DNA of 62,557 nt, filler included, from Globobulimina sp. (taxonomy: Eukaryota): assembly GCA_003354225.1 (NCBI GenBank). It is 33 parts of 33 records of this genome, joined end to end, with 100 filler letters (N's around TTAATTAATTAA, not from the genome) between each part and the next. Parts side by side here need not be neighbours in the genome. Positions count along the whole stretch, not along the records: positions 1 to 1,800 come from PIVH01011800.1; positions 1,901 to 3,700 come from PIVH01011801.1; positions 3,801 to 5,600 come from PIVH01011802.1; positions 5,701 to 7,500 come from PIVH01011803.1; positions 7,601 to 9,400 come from PIVH01011804.1; positions 9,501 to 11,300 come from PIVH01011805.1; positions 11,401 to 13,200 come from PIVH01011806.1; 26 more parts are not named here. One strand, written 5' to 3'. Made by a program: the position numbers and the translations under genes. Shown here piece after piece: positions 1-11,600 of the stretch. How positions within the stretch are numbered: position 1 is the first letter of the stretch; each line of letters starts with the position of its first letter. Under the pieces are notes generated by a model. That model did no database searches. It was not told where the DNA came from and saw nothing but the letters and a program-made list of their open reading frames with translations.

Positions 1-1100
1 CTCCATCTCATCCTCATTCTCATTCCCATTCCCATTCATTATCGATATCAGCGCTCTTTCTTCGATGTCTGTCGCCGCAGAGTCCACCGCATAGTTCTTG
101 GCCATGATGGTCGACAACGAAGTGGATGATATGGCCATTATTTCCTCGCCGCGCGTCAAGTACAGCATCAACGAAGAAGTGCAGATCACTGTAAAGGCCG
201 CGATGGCAAACAACGACGATAAGCCACCACCCAACTTCTCATTGTATGCAATGCCGTAACCTAAGGCGTAGCCGATGATGGCGCCCAAACCATTGGCAAA
301 GCCAAAGATGCCATTCGCTGTCGTATGGTGTGCCGAGGGGATGATGTCAGACACCAAGGCTCGCAATGGAGCTTGAACTACGTTTATCGATATGTCCAAA
401 AACCAAAACGAAACCACTGCGATTATGGCGGCGTTTGAGGTCAAATTCTTTTCTAAATCATCACCAAATAATATTCCAATGTACCGAGCATTGCTAAATA
501 ACAATAAAAAGATCACCACCATGATGCATCCCAATGCTACAAATGGTCGCCGACGTCCATATTTAGAGGCAAATGAACCTGCCACTGAAGTGTCCATCAT
601 ATCAGAGGTTATACCTATTAATGGTTGGATAATTAACCCTTTTTGGTGTTTTTTGTGGTTTATATTGTATGAAATATGTGATATGCAGTACCTGTTAATG
701 GTGGTGCCAGCCAGCAATAATTGACAAATTTCTCAGATATGCCTAGTTCTTCTAATTCTGGAGTGACGAAACCATTTTGCAGTGCTAATGACAATTGACA
801 CCCTAAAAAACCAATGGCGGGAATGCTAATTTTCCACCAATTTGCTATCCATTCTTTGTATGAGGATGACAATGGATGGGCTTTTCTTGTGCGGGTTATT
901 CGCAATGATGCTATGGATGACGAATGAGAGGGTGAGGCGGATGGTGATGATTCGGGCCTATATACATGTTTTTTGATATCTATATCATCATTGCCTACTA
1001 AAATATCTTCGCTTAGAGATATTTTTTTTTCAATATGTGGTATTTCATCCACTGCGTCGATTATATCTACGCCATCAATTTGTTGTACTTCTATTGACAT
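1..1100 (-). CDS. Sucrose/H+ symporter-like transporter (SUT/SLC45, GPH family), 3'-partial; exons 1100-692 and 638-<1
   Basis: Removing GT-AG intron 691-639 gives WLAPPLTG/LIIQPLIGITSD...SKYGRRRPF...FWFLDISINVVQAPLRALVSD, the hallmark SUT/SLC45 motifs. Confidence 0.9.
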
Positions 1101-1800
1101 TTATACTTTTGTGTGTGTTGTCTTTTTAGGTGGCCAAAGTTGATAAAAAAAAAGAAAACTTTTCACTGACCGACTAAATTTCTTACTACTACGACTCACT
1201 GCATTTGGTAATTTCTACAATTAGTATTGTCAAAAGCTGTCCGTATGATATCTGAGAGGTATCTGCTCTCATAGGCTACGAATGTGTGGTCCAATATACT
1301 GTATTCCACGCGGTTGAATTTATTATTATTTAATACACGAAACGATATTGAATAACAATCAATAAATTAATCGCATGAAATTTCGATGTTGCTCTGTATG
1401 TTTTATTTTGATCTCGATCTATATATATATACAGTCCACTTATTTCGTAATTAATCAGTTATACTGTATACATTTACATTATCGGTTTGTATGACTTTGG
1501 TAAAAACGTCCGCATGCACAATTCCACTGACAACGTCCGCATGGACATGATGGTGCATGTTACAAGTAAAAATTGTGTTGGCCAGATTTTCATTAATGTA
1601 ATATAATTAATTAAATGGTATAAATCTCACAAATCTAATAATAAGTGATATTTAGGTGGCTAATATAGAGGAACTATCCAGTGAGGCCAATTAATTTTTG
1701 TTTGTTTCTTTGATAATTAGTTGTTATTTTTGCAATTAGAAATGATAAAATCAAATTAATTAATGTAATATATTAAATGATTATAATATGGTAAAAGTTA

Positions 1801-1900
1801 NNNNNNNNNNNNNNNNNNNNNNNNNNNNNNNNNNNNNNNNNNNNTTAATTAATTAANNNNNNNNNNNNNNNNNNNNNNNNNNNNNNNNNNNNNNNNNNNN
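1801..1900. other. Artificial scaffold linker N44-TTAATTAATTAA-N44 (first of 32 copies)
   Basis: Identical 100-bp linkers start at 1801, 3701, 5601, 7501, 9401, 11301, 13201, 15101, 17001, 18900, 20799, 22698, 24597, 26496, 28395, 30294, 32193, 34092, 35991, 37889, 39787, 41685, 43583, 45481, 47379, 49277, 51175, 53073, 54970, 56867, 58764 and 60661. The intervening contigs fall monotonically from 1800 to 1797 bp. Confidence 0.99.
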
Positions 1901-1955
1901 ACATAATATTTATATAATTCGTTTCTAACATTTATATTTTAATATCAAATGGTAA

Positions 1956-3700
1956 TTATTGCATCGTATTATTGTATGGTGTATATTGCACTTCATCTTC
2001 ACCACAAATAACAAAGTCATCATCGCCAATTTGCATTTGATGATTTTGTATGACTGCATTATTATTCTCATTATTATTCTTATTCTCATTATTATTATAA
2101 CTCACACTGTCCATCGGAGTTTGTTTTATTTCCTCCAAAATATCCATATCATCATCCTCATTATCAATATATTCCTCATTCGTGTTGCTTCTTGGCGGAG
2201 GTCGCGGTGTTTGATAACTTATTGGCTCGAGATTCACGACATTCCCTTCTGACTCAACAGCCAATCCATTCACATTCGAAAAAGCCGCAGGAAAATAATT
2301 CATTTTATTATTTATATCTGGATTGGCGGAATACGGCGATAACTCAATGCCATTTGTACGTGATGTTGACTCTATAGTTTCGTTTGGAGGAAATGCATCT
2401 GATTTATGTGCATGTGGTCTCTGTCGACGTTTTAGAATGAATAAGATAACAATCACAAGAACAACACAAATAATTCCGCCAATAACAGTGAACAACATTA
2501 CTTTCATTGACTTTGATCGGACAGACACGGGAACACCATTTAAATCATCGAGTTGCGGATTATCCGTAGTCGTTACATCGACGACCTGCCCATTGTCATT
2601 TGAATCGGTTAACGTCGGTCTGTCTGTCGGTGCATTACTTGGTATTTCCGATGGAATATTTGTTGGTGAAACAGATGGAAATATTGTGGTTGGATTAATT
2701 GTGGGCACATTTGAAGGCATTGAGGTTGGAATATTGGTTGGAATATTGGTTGGAATATTGGTTGGAATATTTGTTGGAACATTGGTTGGTATATTGGTTG
2801 GCGTATTTGTTGGAATATACGTTGGTGATTTTGTAGGTTCTCGACTCGGATTCTATGCAACAAAAACAGTACGTAACAAACGTTTGTGAGTCGGTATTAA
2901 ATCATATTAAATGCAAACCTGTGTTGGTGGTGCGGTGGGCTGCGATGTGGTGGTTGTTGTTGTTGGAGCATTGCTCGGCTGATTAGTTGGTGAGGATGTT
3001 GGTATGGTGGCAAATTGATAGCTATCCACCAAACTATTGCAAGAACTACAAAAACCACCAAAATAATATATTACATTCCCAGCTAACACAGCTGCTCCAT
3101 TACGAACTTTAAGTGCCATGGAATTGACATTCTTGTCAATGGTATCAGTCAAAGTATGTATGATATCCACAGTCGCGCCGCTTGAGCCTCCGAGCACAAA
3201 TATATCATCCTCGAATATTACACTTCGCATTAAATTGTCGCTGTTGGATATTGTTCCTATATATAATATATATTAAACAGAGTGGCAAACAATATCCATT
3301 TATTACTTACCTATACTGTTCCAGCTGTAACTTCCATCGTTGATCTGTTCAATGTTGGCAACATTTATTTTATCGATTGAGGCAGTTCCACCACCAATAA
3401 TATACAAATAATTGGCACTGTTAACATTAGAGGCAAATTCATCTCTTCCTTCATCCATATTTGGTCCATTATACCAAGTCTTGTCACTTAACCGTAAGAT
3501 TTGAAAGTCTTTGATGGGATATCCATAATAATCCGTTCCACCAACAACCATTAAATAGCCGGCAATGTATGCCAATGTAGCATGGTATTTGGTGTATGTA
3601 CTAAGTGAAGTCAATGAAGATGTGAATGTTTGGTCATTCATATTGAAGGTGGATATATAATTTGTATTGCCATTGTCACGAATCATATAAATGATATCTC
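1956..3700 (-). CDS. Type I membrane protein: Kelch repeats, Pro/Thr stalk, single TM and cytoplasmic tail; 5'-partial; introns 3310-3257 and 2918-2853
   Basis: Kelch GG motifs (LMVVGG, LYIIGG, IFVLGG, IYYFGG). Both GT-AG introns join the ORFs in frame (SIG/TISNSDNLMRS; PTQ/NPSREPT). PTNI repeats, then TM LFTVIGGIICVVLVIVILFIL followed by KRR. Confidence 0.8.
2722..2830. repeat. 12-bp coding tandem repeat (GGTTGGAATATT)n encoding PTNI units
   Basis: About 8 near-perfect copies are visible. Confidence 0.9.
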
Positions 3701-3800
3701 NNNNNNNNNNNNNNNNNNNNNNNNNNNNNNNNNNNNNNNNNNNNTTAATTAATTAANNNNNNNNNNNNNNNNNNNNNNNNNNNNNNNNNNNNNNNNNNNN

Positions 3801-5492
3801 GCAATCGACTTTTTCTGACTACACATTTTGTTTAATAATTTGTAGCGATATTTGTCATTATATTCAGTAGATTCATCCATTCGATACTTTAGAAATTGCA
3901 ATGTGACGTTTTTAGTAACCTCACATTTAATATCAGTAAATCCCAAATCATCAATATCTACAATCCATTCATCGGTTTCTTTATTTCTCATTCTATGAAT
4001 ATTGGTTGGATCGCTATCATAATAAACACCATTTGTCAGTGTATCAATAATTCTTAAAACCTGAACATAATTTTTAAAGTCAAGGAGAGTGACTGTATTT
4101 GTTATATTCATTATATTCATCAAAGCCATTCCACCAACAAATAAATATTCAAATTCATGCGGATATAATGAATACGTACAACACTCAAAATATTTGAGAT
4201 GTGGATCTGGCACTAATTCTAATATCAAACCAGAATCAGCGAATCTTTGTGCGACCATTTGTTTTGAGCTTGTGGATAATGGACCAAATATTGTACATTG
4301 CATCCCATTGAATACCATCTCGCCAACAATTCCATGATAGAATGTATGTATCGCTCCATCCATATAAGAGACCCCATAAATTTCAACTGTTTCTCGCAAA
4401 AGCTTTGCAAAATGATAATATTTGGCATGCCGTTTTTTTATAGATTGTAATTTTTCATCCTTTTCCATTGCTCGATATGTTCTACTAAACTTTTCTTGAA
4501 ACTTCTATAGACGGACAATTTTAATGTATTACAGTACGTGATGTAAAAAAGAAATAGAAACACTTAACATTTTCACAGCAATAAATCATAATTGTAATCA
4601 AATTACTTTCTCGAACACGTTCATTTTCATGATATCCATACGTTGATGGATGGTCTGGAAAATGTTTTATTTCTGTCCAATATGTATCGCACTTTGCACT
4701 CAAATTCCGTGCGTTGTCAGTTTGCATTTTATATCTGGCCGCAACGAAATAGTAACTTGCGTTCATTGCAAAATCTTCCCCATGACTCAACAACTCATCT
4801 TTTAAATTTTTATATTTTTTGTTAATATGCAAATCTTTATATGTCAAATCATTGTATGACAGTTCTTGAAGATCTTGGCAATGCTCCCAATAATTAAATG
4901 GATACGAATATGAATATGTTGCTAAGTCATATGCATCATTTTTGTGTGTCTGAGTTATGTGAGTTATTTCATCATTGTTATGTGTGCTTATTTTAATTTT
5001 GTTCAAATTGGATACAAATTTGTTTGGATAATTTCGTGGTTTCAATCGCGTTGTGTTGGGAATACATTGTTCGGTTTTTTCATCATTTCTTGATGGATAT
5101 CCTATATCATATCGATGCATATAATGACAATGTATTTGATCCAATATTTGCTGCAATAATAATATTTTATGATCTCTATTATCAGATTTTAATTTTTTAT
5201 CATCAACGTTTCTGCCATAATATCTTTGAAATGGTTTGCATAAATTTGATTGACAGTCACTACGCAGAGCTTTACAAATGGTATCAAAATCATCATCGTT
5301 CCTATCATGATGGAAAAGCAAATGATCAAAGCAGTTCATAACAATAACAATTGAATCTGTATCATTATCCAGTGCATCATTATGTAATTTGTGTTGAAGT
5401 ATTAATGGTCTCAAATAGTCACATTCATAAATGACACCACTGCATATTAATACGTGTTTGGCGGCACAGAAGTTGTCATATATTCCGTACAT
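3801..5492 (-). CDS. Large protein with C-terminal ADP-ribosyltransferase-like domain, 3'-partial; intron 4568-4505
   Basis: The intron joins IMIYCCEN/KFQEKFSRTYR. Downstream motifs FYHGI, GPLSTSS..VAQRF, GLILEL and SLYPHEFEYLF match the order of the R-S-E ART motifs. Confidence 0.6.
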
Positions 5493-5914
5493 GGCATATA
5501 TCTAATAAACTATAATGTGAAAGTTTTATTAGCTTTGATGATGACTAGCTGTTGCAACTGTGTATAATGTCACGGCGTTAAGGTTACTATGAATGTAATT
5601 NNNNNNNNNNNNNNNNNNNNNNNNNNNNNNNNNNNNNNNNNNNNTTAATTAATTAANNNNNNNNNNNNNNNNNNNNNNNNNNNNNNNNNNNNNNNNNNNN
5701 GGTTGTGGTCTCTTCCGTTCCAGCCAGAACTCCAGGAAGACTCCCCTGCTAGCGGCAGCGATGAAAGGGTACTCTATGGACTTGACGCGGATTCTTACGA
5801 CGCTATGCCAGCCTAATCTGAGGGAATACTTGAGCCTACACCTCCACAACAACATTCACCCCTGTCACTGTCTGTCACCATATCACCTATCCATTAAACC
5901 GCCGCATCTCTGTT

Positions 5915-7500
5915 ATGGATGAGGAGAAAGGAGGCAATCAAAGAAACAATGCATATTTGTATAGCAGACGGGAGAGGTTCAGCGTTGGTAAACTGTCCCG
6001 TGTCTTCCATCAAGTTCCCACCGGGGCCTCTGCCATGCGAATAAATATTAAATGCGTGTCAGCCAAAACTAACAAAGCATTACGTTTTTGTTTTGCCACT
6101 TTGTACGGCAGACAAAGGGAACAGGTCAAACTGGAACGGTGGGCTCGCTTTGTGGATGGCGACGAATTAAGCGCCACATTACAGAGAGTGGAGCCAAATA
6201 CAATCATTGAGACCTCCCTATGTCAGTATGCTTTGTCATTTGGCGAATGTGTGATGGAATGGAGCATTGAATTTATTGGACCACAGATTATGTGCAACAA
6301 TACAGCCATACATATGAGCATTGGCGATGAGTTTGGATTAGTTACATTGCGAACGGATGGCATTGCTTGTAAGGATGTGGCAAATCAAATTAATCCGTTG
6401 GTGAAATTTGATACTTTGGTTTGTTACTATTCAGCCAAATATGCCACGATTAATTTGGATACAATCGGCGAAATCGGTGATGTTGATATTGGCACTGATG
6501 ATAAAATATATGCATTAGAGTTGGAATATGAATTTGATCAAAAGGTAGCGGCCAGTAAAAATATCATCAAATTCTCACTTTTGGACGATTTGCTGTATGA
6601 AGCCTTGTATGAAGGCAATTTTTGGATGTTATTTGATGCGAATAAGCAGTTAATTTCCAGCGGCGAAGCGTTTGAAGAAAGCTCTAAAATCAGCAAACAA
6701 AAAGGTTACGTGTTAAAATTGCAAATACGGTCAAGTTCTGTTAAATTGTTGGAAAAGGCGAAAACGACAAAATTGAGAATTGACAGTTTATTATCTGCAA
6801 AACAACAAATTACTGCAGATATTTATTCGTCAAAATTAAACATTTTGAAGAGTTGCGGCAAAATGACCTCTGCCATTACGATGCAGCAATATGAAAATAA
6901 AGATTTATTCATTACGACGCCAACCAACGCTGCCATTAAAACATTGGACATTCGCGGCGATATTGAGGCAGGTACGCAGTTATTGGGATATTTGAAATTA
7001 AATAAAGACACAAAAGAATGTTTACGAACGAAATTTCGCAATAATGGACAGAGAGGAAATGCAAGTTTAGGCATTCCGATTATGTGCAGCATAGCAAATA
7101 TTTCAAAGGCTGCAGAATCGCGCACCAAGAAATTAACGGAGATGAAAGAGGATAAAAATAGCTCCGCTGACGAAGAGGAAAAACTATCATTGGAAGAAAA
7201 GCAAAGGGATGCTATGATTGATTGGATGCATAAGAAATTAAAAGGCGATGAACAAAAAAAAGCATTTCAAAGTGTTTTGATACAAGAAATCTTTGAAAAG
7301 TATGCCAATTATTTACCGATTTTAAGTTTAAAGTTAGATATTTATCGCGACAGTGGAGATATAAAACAAGTGTTGGATATTTGTGATGAGATTTTAAATC
7401 AAGTAAATTTGAACGAAATTGCGGCCTTTTTTGGTAAAAAAGTGCTTGATAAAAATGATAGTAAATATAAGAAAAATAATAAAAAATATAAAGAAGAGAA
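5915..7500 (+). CDS. TPP2: Tripeptidyl-peptidase II, central/C-terminal part (partial at both ends)
   Basis: Motifs RVFHQVPTGAS, LLYEALYEGNFWMLFDANKQLI, GYVLKLQIR and YLPILSLKLD...ICDEILNQVNLNEIAAFFG are typical of the TPPII non-catalytic region. The subtilisin domain is absent from the contig. Confidence 0.8.
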
Positions 7501-9500
7501 NNNNNNNNNNNNNNNNNNNNNNNNNNNNNNNNNNNNNNNNNNNNTTAATTAATTAANNNNNNNNNNNNNNNNNNNNNNNNNNNNNNNNNNNNNNNNNNNN
7601 GCTTAGCAGCCCATTACACTGAAACTCTCGGAGCTTATTCATTGTGCTGATTACACAAATACACAACTGATAAAATAACAAAACAAATATCATTTTTTTT
7701 TATCTGTTATTTTCCTGAAATTTCTTAACCATAAAAATAAAAAAATAAACAGTGATGAAAGAAAGACTCAACAGAATTCAAAAAATGGAATTGGAAATTT
7801 ATATTTTTTATTGTATTGTTCAGCAAACAGATATTAATCAAAAATAAAAAAATAAACATTACAAGGTTTGTGGCCAAAACTTTATTATATTTTGCTTTGA
7901 TGAGTAATGGATCCAACACATTCTTGGTCCGTGTTATTGAGTGAACGCTGAAATATTATTCCTCGGTTACTGATTACAAACATTTTCCCACGGAATTTCC
8001 TTACATTTTGTCTCTTGGAATGTTAATTATTTGTTTTTTTATTCCATTTACACAGTGATTAAGAAGTGATGACGTTAAGTAATATATTTGATACTATTTA
8101 TATTTCAATGATGACTTACATTTTTGATCAATTATTATTGAGATGATACGTATAATTAAATGCTCCTTCTCCTGATTTAGCTTTTGCTCTCTTGTAACTT
8201 TATAAACGTTTTTATTTCGGAGTACCAAATTAAAAAAAAAGTGTGTTTGTGATGTTTATACAGTGATGATTAAGAAATAGAGATGTATCCACATGAAAAG
8301 AAGGTAAGTTTTATTTTATTGTATATTTGTTCTGTCTGACGTGTGATATGTGTTTTTTTTATATTTAATGTGTATTTAAGCTGAATTTGTGTTTCTTTGT
8401 TCTTATTGAATAGTTTTTAGCTGCTATGAAAATAGTAGAAACCCCTTTTTTTTGACACTAAAAATATGTTAAATTAACACTAGAAACACTCTTGTTTTTA
8501 GTATAAAACAAGCTTGCTCGTTTTTTGTCCTCTGAAGCATGGAAACTAAGAGAATAAGTTCCATGTTTAAACTTGCTCAAAGTCGTTTATTTGATGGTTT
8601 TGATGTTGAGAGCCTACCGATTGGACGAACCAGTAAATATATCTTTTATTTGGATTATTATAACATTCCTCAAATGATAATTGTGTTTTTTTATTTGCGC
8701 GATATGCATTTGGCAAACAAGAAAAAAAATGAGATGATTTTTAGCAATGATAAAAATAGATTTGAAAACAAGACATCAACGCAACTGTTGGCCAGCAATT
8801 TAGTGAATAATATCAGATTTCTAGGTTTGTTTTGAAAAAGATATATCTGCCCCTTCTATCGCTTGCTTTTTGCACCAAATTAAGGAATGAACTTAGGTTT
8901 TAAATATATGATTGTCGAACTGCTAAAAAGTAGTGGATCGGATGCAATTACACCGAAACGAATTGATAATGCAAATTATTTTGTTTTATTGTCATTTATA
9001 TTTGTTAATGTATCGGATATTTTGATTTATGCTCTGGAAGGAAACGAATATGATATATCTAATCGACAATTAATTCAATTTTATTTAAAAGGAAAGAAAT
9101 TATCATATTTCTTTAAATCATCGGTAATGAGTTTAACTATTTCTGCGTGGATTTGTGTCAGATATTATGAGTATTTATACAGAGCATTTGTTTGGATCAA
9201 AAATAAATCAATAAACAACATCTAATAAAAACCCGATAAACTAAACCTATGACCGTTCCAATGTTAATTTTTTGTTGTTAAATTTTCAAATTAATGCAGA
9301 ACTGTTACGTTTAAGGTGTTCAGATCGGAGATGATCGTTTCTGTGCAATTGTTGAAAATAGAAATTTCCAGAAACTTCTAGAAACTTTGCTTTTGGCATT
9401 NNNNNNNNNNNNNNNNNNNNNNNNNNNNNNNNNNNNNNNNNNNNTTAATTAATTAANNNNNNNNNNNNNNNNNNNNNNNNNNNNNNNNNNNNNNNNNNNN

Positions 9501-10410
9501 ATCGTTGGTCTTATCACACCATGGAATTTCCCGATATTATTATTTTGCATAAAAGTATCTGCAGCGATCGTATGTGGTAATTGTGTCATATCTAAACCGT
9601 CAGAATTAACACCAACATCGTCATATTTATTATGTAAAATATTTAAACGAGTTGGCCTTCCACCGGGTGCAGTTAATGTGGTCCATGGCTATGGCGTAAA
9701 AGCAGGTGAACCAATAATATCGGCACCGGTTGTAAGAGCAATATCATTTACTGGCGGTTCAGCCACAGGTTCACATATTTGCAGTATTGCGGCACCAAAA
9801 TTAAAAAAAATACAATTAGAACTCGGTATATTTTTTTTTTATATCAGAAACAAACGCACATTTTCTATCAGACTGTACTTGAAAATCTCAGGTAGTAAGA
9901 ATCCAGCAATTGTATTTAATGATTGTTATTTGGATGAAACAGTGCAAGGCATTGCAATGAGTGAGTTTTTGAATACCAGACAAGTATGTTGCAGTGGTTC
10001 AAGATTATTAATCCAAAAAGGAATAAGTGATCGCTTTCTTGCAAAATTAAAAGCACATATAAACAATGTGTATATCCCGGCAATTGGCGATCCATTAAAT
10101 GAAAATACAATGATGGGCCCGTTAGTGAGTACCGCCCATTTCAAGAAAGTGGAAAGTTATTTAAAGTTAGCCATTCAAGAAGGTGGCACAATTATTTGTG
10201 GTGGCAAATTTGGTCGAGATGTTGGCCGTAAATTACCCGCTTCGTTGCTGAATGGAAATTGCTTTGAACCGACAATTGTGGTGGGATTAGATGATAAATG
10301 TAGATGTGCCATGGAAGAGATATTGGTCCAATTCTAACTGTTCATACATTTGAAACTGAAGCCGAAGCGCTGCGCATTGCAAATCAAGCTTAGCTGCTTC
10401 GGTCATGGAC
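9501..10410 (+). pseudogene. Aldehyde dehydrogenase (ALDH8A1/2-aminomuconate semialdehyde dehydrogenase-like), frameshifted; intron 9826-9891
   Basis: Motifs LITPWNFP, KPSELTP, ISFTGG, LELG/SKNP and catalytic-Cys region QVCCSGSR. A 1-nt deletion breaks EEIFGP at about 10323; a deletion at about 10387 removes part of ANxxxYGLAASVWT; the C-terminus is lost. Confidence 0.8.
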
Positions 10411-10754
10411 CCATAAACAAAATATTGTGCAAAAAACAGTGTTTATATAGAAGCACAATGGTGTATTATAATAAGTTAAAAACACAAAATAGGTTGTTCC
10501 ATATCCCAGGTATAGAGAGCCACATTTTGCAACGAAATTCTCACAAAAATAGACTCAGTATACAATAAGTACGAGGTTTATAATAGACTCACAAAATAGA
10601 CACGATTCATGTACGAGGTTTATGGACGTTGCCATATGATGGTCTTTTTTTTTATGTTGAATTAATGACAAATATTAAAATTAACTTGACTTCAAAAATA
10701 AATTGAAAAAAAATGTATAAAGAAAAAAAATAAACAAATAAATAAATAAATATG

Positions 10755-11300
10755 TTATGCTTTATTATTATTATTCAACACAATCACTGCGCCGCAACAC
10801 AAACCCACGAAAAACACTGCAAACATTAACCCGAATTGCACCCACACATTATCTGCAGCTGCGATACGGACAGATATTACTTCCTTATTTGTAGCAGTTT
10901 GAGGGTTACCACCAAACACATTTGCTTCCTCCGCAACATTCACTGCTTTATATATTTCGTCACTCGATTCATATTTTCGTTTTTTCTTATTATAAACTCG
11001 AGAATTAGACGCAGATTCATATGAATTAGACCCAGAATCAGACGAAGATTCTACCGCAACACATACCACTTTAATGGTGTCAATACATTCAATATCCGCA
11101 ATATCTACGCATGATACTTCAATAATCACTGCACCAATATCATAGTACGGGGTGTTTCCAATCGCAACCTCATAATCAAATGTTACGTTAAACGAATCTT
11201 CAGCAATATCCTCACATCGCTCTTGCGCCTCTGGTCCCGGCACATATGTAATTGTTCCATTTCCATAATTTATCACAAAACCTGTTTCTGGCGAACCAAG
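10755..11300 (-). CDS. C-terminal part of a membrane-anchored surface protein with an Ig/cadherin-like repeat
   Basis: GTITYVP...DSFNVTFDYEV...AVIIEV resembles Big_9/cadherin-like repeats. A Ser-rich linker precedes the C-terminal TM VWVQFGLMFAVFFVGLCCGAVIVL. Confidence 0.5.
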   Translation of the reverse strand, partial: LGSPETGFVINYGNGTITYVPGPEAQERCEDIAEDSFNVTFDYEVAIGNTPYYDIGAVIIEVSCVDIADIECIDTIKVVCVAVESSSDSGSNSYESASNSRVYNKKKRKYESSDEIYKAVNVAEEANVFGGNPQTATNKEVISVRIAAADNVWVQFGLMFAVFFVGLCCGAVIVLNNNNKA

Positions 11301-11600
11301 NNNNNNNNNNNNNNNNNNNNNNNNNNNNNNNNNNNNNNNNNNNNTTAATTAATTAANNNNNNNNNNNNNNNNNNNNNNNNNNNNNNNNNNNNNNNNNNNN
11401 AACATATTTTACTCCAAAGCATTTTCACGGGCGGTTGCTCCGACCGATGGTTAAGATTGACCGTTTGCAGTTGGGAATACAGCTTTTGCTGTGTGGTTTT
11501 TCTCAAGTGTTAGCATTGAATCGGGCTATGCAAAAATATTCTTGACTTATGCTGTATAAGCTAGAGTTGGCGGATGTTATTAAATATGAAAGTTGAGTTT

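Noticed and set aside
2192..2889. Alternative-frame ORFs over the PT repeats (GILV repeats, QPIF repeats; likewise 24892-25421)
   Set aside because: These are shadow frames of 12-bp coding repeats. The PT frame splices coherently with the head and TM exons.
7601..9400. Short ORFs 7725-7919, 8539-8835 and 8887-9225, and an intron-like GTAAGT...TAAG at about 8304-8380
   Set aside because: No recognisable domain and no coherent gene model; probably degenerate or non-coding.
10480..10625. Short direct repeats (CACAAAATAGAC, GTACGAGGTTTAT twice); also AACGTCCGCATG twice near 1505-1543
   Set aside because: Only two or three irregular copies, with no constant spacer length and no cas genes; local duplications.
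11401..11580. Moderately GC-rich stretch downstream of the dehydrogenase as a possible ncRNA
   Set aside because: I found no snRNA, tRNA or SRP signature by eye. An Rfam/Infernal scan would be needed.
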